Of a stretch of DNA of 64,000 nt, positions 60,586-64,000 are shown in pieces. The position numbers were made by a program, and so were the translations under genes. The stretch's first letter is position 1. Each line of letters starts with the position of its first letter. The notes beneath the pieces were generated by a model that made no database searches, was not told the DNA's origin, and saw only the letters and a program-made list of their open reading frames with translations. This DNA comes from Hamiltosporidium tvaerminnensis FI-OER-3-3 (lineage: Eukaryota > Fungi > Microsporidia), in assembly GCA_022605425.2 (NCBI GenBank), contig CM061252.1, forward strand, positions 62,001 through 126,000, written 5' to 3'.

Positions 60586-63500
60586 TTAAAAGTACTAATG
60601 GGTAGAAAGAAAAATGTTAGCAGCGAAATATCGAAAAATATCAAAATAAAGGCCTGCAAACGACGCCGATGAGGTGAAGAAGAGTGATAGTGAGGTACAA
60701 AACTGTAAGCTACACCCACCGGCGATTTCCCTACCTTCCTCCTCCTACACAACAATAACACCTCCACCACCAAGCCAAACATGCATGTAAAATGCAAAAT
60801 AGTGGGCTTGACACCTTAAAGTCGCCTAATACACCACTTCCCTCTTCGGTTGAAGTCTCTACATGCGAGCCATCGCATGAAATGACAAGCCCCTGTACTC
60901 TAGCTATTCCGGAAGGTAACAGGCTAATGGCATTGCGGGACGATATTCGATTCCGTAACAGCCGACCCGAAGGAATGGCCTCGAATTATTTTTTTTGCAG
61001 TACAGACAAGGTTTGAAAGAATGCCAAGAAATGGCTGGACAGAGCTTCACAGGTACTATAATGAGAAATTCGGCTGCACTGAAACTCTCGAAGTGTTAAA
61101 AAAATTGGCACAAAGTGAGATGGGAAAGAAGGTAAAATCAGAAGAGAATGGAGAGCGACGTAGAATCGCCACTTATCTCGCTGATACATGCACCTTGACC
61201 GACACCACGGAGTACATAATCCTGAGAGATAAATTCTTGAGTAAAATCAAAGAAATCTCGGAGAACGAAATTGGAAAAGTGGTGGTCCGAACAAGAAAAC
61301 ATCCAAATGAATTGGTTGATAGTAAAGTTCTGGATCTCATTAATCGAGTAGTCGGTGAATATGCAGGAGCTCATGTACCTGAGTCAATTACGGAAGCCTC
61401 GTATATCATGCAAGCTGCGCAGATATGCTATGACGAGGCAACACGTAAAGAAAAGCCTAGATCCGCTTAAAAGGAAAACATAAAAGAAAATTTTTAAGTT
61501 AGTCTTTCCAAAGATCTTCTTGAGAAAGCTCGTAAGCAGGAAAAGCTCTCCACTTCGGAAACGAAGAGCCTTAAGAAAATCATGCGAGAGTTTAATTTAA
61601 GCTTGAGCAGTGTAACTGATCTTTCTGAGGCTTTAGTTAAGAAGAATAAGTCTTTGAATGTGTACGAGAAAAAAATTACGATGCATGAAAGTAGGAAGAA
61701 ATTCCGAAAAGAGAATCGTATGTTTGAGCTTTTCCAAGATCGATTTTATCGTGGGTTATCTGAGCGTGTCGAATCCGAGCATGTGGTTAGTCGTGATGAA
61801 ATTGTGAGTTTTTGGTCTACAATGTGGAACAAAAATGATGACACAGTCACGTATGAAGATTATTTGTTTCCATTTGTATCCTATAATCATCCTACTACGT
61901 TTCCTTCACTTGATGAATTTGTAAATATCATTAATTGGCTTCCCAATTGGAAAGCTGCTGGAATTGATGGTATTTACAATTTTTTCATTAAGAAACTTAC
62001 AACTCTTCACAAATATATTTATGAATTGTGAAGTTATATGTTTAGAAAGAACAATTCAAGCTGATTGGTTTTACTGCGGGCTTACGTATTTGATACCGAA
62101 AGGAATTCCACAAAGAGGCTCTGACTACAGGCCAATCACTTGTATGTCCAACCTCTAGAAGTTAAGGACTAATTGTGTAACGAAAGTCGTTCAACTTGAA
62201 GTGGAAAAACGAGGGTTGCTTGATGAGAATCAGTTGGGATCAGTTTGAGGTGTGCAGGGAGCGAAAGAGCAGGCTCTACTGAATATTGCCTTAAATTAAG
62301 AGTACGGAAACAATCTTAAGGCAACATGGATTAATGTTAAAAAAGCTTATGATTCAATAGATCATGCTTATTTAACTCAATGCATTTAAAAACTTAATTT
62401 ACCTGATTGGATCCTGAAATTTATTAAGGTAATTATATCAAAATGGAAAATTGATATATCAGTAGGGCCTGAAAAAATCATGAGCAAGAAGATTGATAGA
62501 GGGATTCTACAGTGAGATAGTTTGTCACCTTTGTTATTTGTGTTGTGTATGGATCCATTAAGCCGAAAGCCTAATGAAAAATACACAAAAGTGACAGTAC
62601 AAACAGATGCAGAATCCCATTCTACTAATCACCTCTTGTTTATTGATGATCTTAAGCTCCTTGCAAAAGACAGCTCCACATTAAGTGCTATGACAGACGA
62701 GGCAAAGGAATTTTCAAGAGTGATTGGGTTAGATATTAACAAAGAAATTAAGCCACAAATGATAAGTGTTGTGAAGATACTGCTACTCTTCTAGACGGTG
62801 TTAGTGTTTACAAATATTTAGAAATAATAGAAGAAAGCAAAGGAATCCTAACACGTAGCTCATTTGAAGAAGTACAGAGCAAACTTATATCAAGAGTTGA
62901 AAGACTTTGTCACACTAGATTAAATGCAAAAAATTTATTTTCTGCAATCAATCAACATGCGATATCGTTAATCAACTACCACATAGGAGTACTTCGACTT
63001 GAACCGGCTGACTTCTCTAAGTTAGATGATGCAGTGCGTGCGGTGTTAGTGAAGAATAAGATACATTTCCGCCCAGTATGTAAAGAGCGTTTGCCTTCCT
63101 AGAACAGAACTTGGAAGAGGCCTACATAGTGTTGAGTTGCGAAGCGAACGTATGCTTCTGCAACTCTTGGATTGTCTGGAAAAAAGTAAAGAAATATCAA
63201 CTAAACGAGCAGCAATCTTCAAGGTGGAGAATAATAATAAAACCCATCCTGCAATAATAAAAGGCTTCTTAAAAGTAAAGTACAGGTTGATAGAAGAAGT
63301 CACTAAGAAAAGTTTAGAAGAAGCTCAACTTGCAAAACTATATAACGAAATAGGAAAACGAAAACTCCATTCAAAGTTATATAATGCAAGAAAAAAACGA
63401 GCTTGTAAGTGTTAGTGACTCTTCAAGATGGCTAAAGAGAGGAAATATTAGGCCACGAAATGAAGCTGTGTTCTGCTATATCCAGGATAGAAATGTATTC

Positions 63501-64000
63501 TGGGGAACAGATGGTGTGTGTCAACATTGTGGGAAGTCTGGTAAGACCGTAGATCATCTATTAATTAGATGTGATAAAATGCTAGGCGATGATTACACTA
63601 GACGGCATAATGAAGTGGTTAGATGCCTACACCTACTTCTTATAAATAGATATAAGTTTAAGTCATCTAAACGAATAAGGAGTCACTCAGTTCAAGAAAT
63701 TCTTGATAATGAGTATGCAGAGATAAGAGTGGAAACCAAAATAAAAACTGGTGTTAAAATTCGGAATAACAGACCCGACATATTTATTTTAGATAAGAAA
63801 AAGAATAAGATAACACTCATTGAAGTAGGAATCACTTCCCAAGATTCACTCCAATTAGTTGATACTGAAAAACTTAGGAAGTATGACCTGCTAGCCAATG
63901 AGTTGGGTCTTATTTATAAGTGTAGTGTTGAGATAATCCCTTATGTGATGACCTGGGACAGTATTGTGACAAAATACTATAAATCTCATCTTAAAAGACT
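60586..64000 (+). mobile_element. Near full-length non-LTR retrotransposon with RT, CCHC knuckle and restriction-like endonuclease (R4/Dong-like architecture), decayed, runs off the window
   Basis: WKAAGIDG, DYRPITC, WINVKKAYDS, GILQ*DSLSPLLF, HLLFIDDLKL, GRGL, CQHC..TVDHL...C, RHNE, RPDI..LIEVG..EKLRKY. Many stops and frameshifts. The 5' boundary is approximate. Confidence 0.95.

Noticed and set aside
60586-64000. RIP-like targeted mutation of repeats
   Set aside because: Stops from TGG/CAA/CAG fit general AT-biased decay, and dinucleotide bias cannot be judged by eye.

Overview
Very AT-rich, gene-sparse eukaryotic DNA, most consistent with a large-genome microsporidian. Hamiltosporidium-like is my inference from short CCC motifs just 5' of start codons, divergent intronless housekeeping genes, a ricin-B-type secreted protein, a mitosomal Jac1 and QQGV-type repeat proteins. 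Housekeeping genes: a DMT/EamA-type transporter, eL8 (RPL7A), uL30 (RPL7), two-unit polyubiquitin, RPC5-like, histone H2A, Spc24-like, Jac1/HscB, Mak21/Noc1-like and a forkhead factor. Candidate secreted or surface proteins: a GH19 chitinase-like protein lacking the catalytic Glu, a membrane-anchored pseudokinase and a ricin-B lectin. Mobile DNA: a Ginger/TDD-like TIR element plus a related remnant, a complete DD39D mariner, six pieces of one RLE-type non-LTR family, a ~230-bp RTE-derived SINE with a possible ribozyme, and a Ty3/gypsy relic. There are also five co-oriented pseudogenes of one lineage-specific family. The most unusual structure is a ~24-31-bp minisatellite family with core (A)GGGTGTTA / TAACACCC. 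It forms strand-flipping arrays upstream of both ribosomal protein genes, is read in frame inside a neighbouring ORF, coincides with alternating G/C skew, and resembles the Ginger subterminal repeats. No tRNA, rRNA or CRISPR was found. All homology calls come from motif recognition by eye, not database searches.
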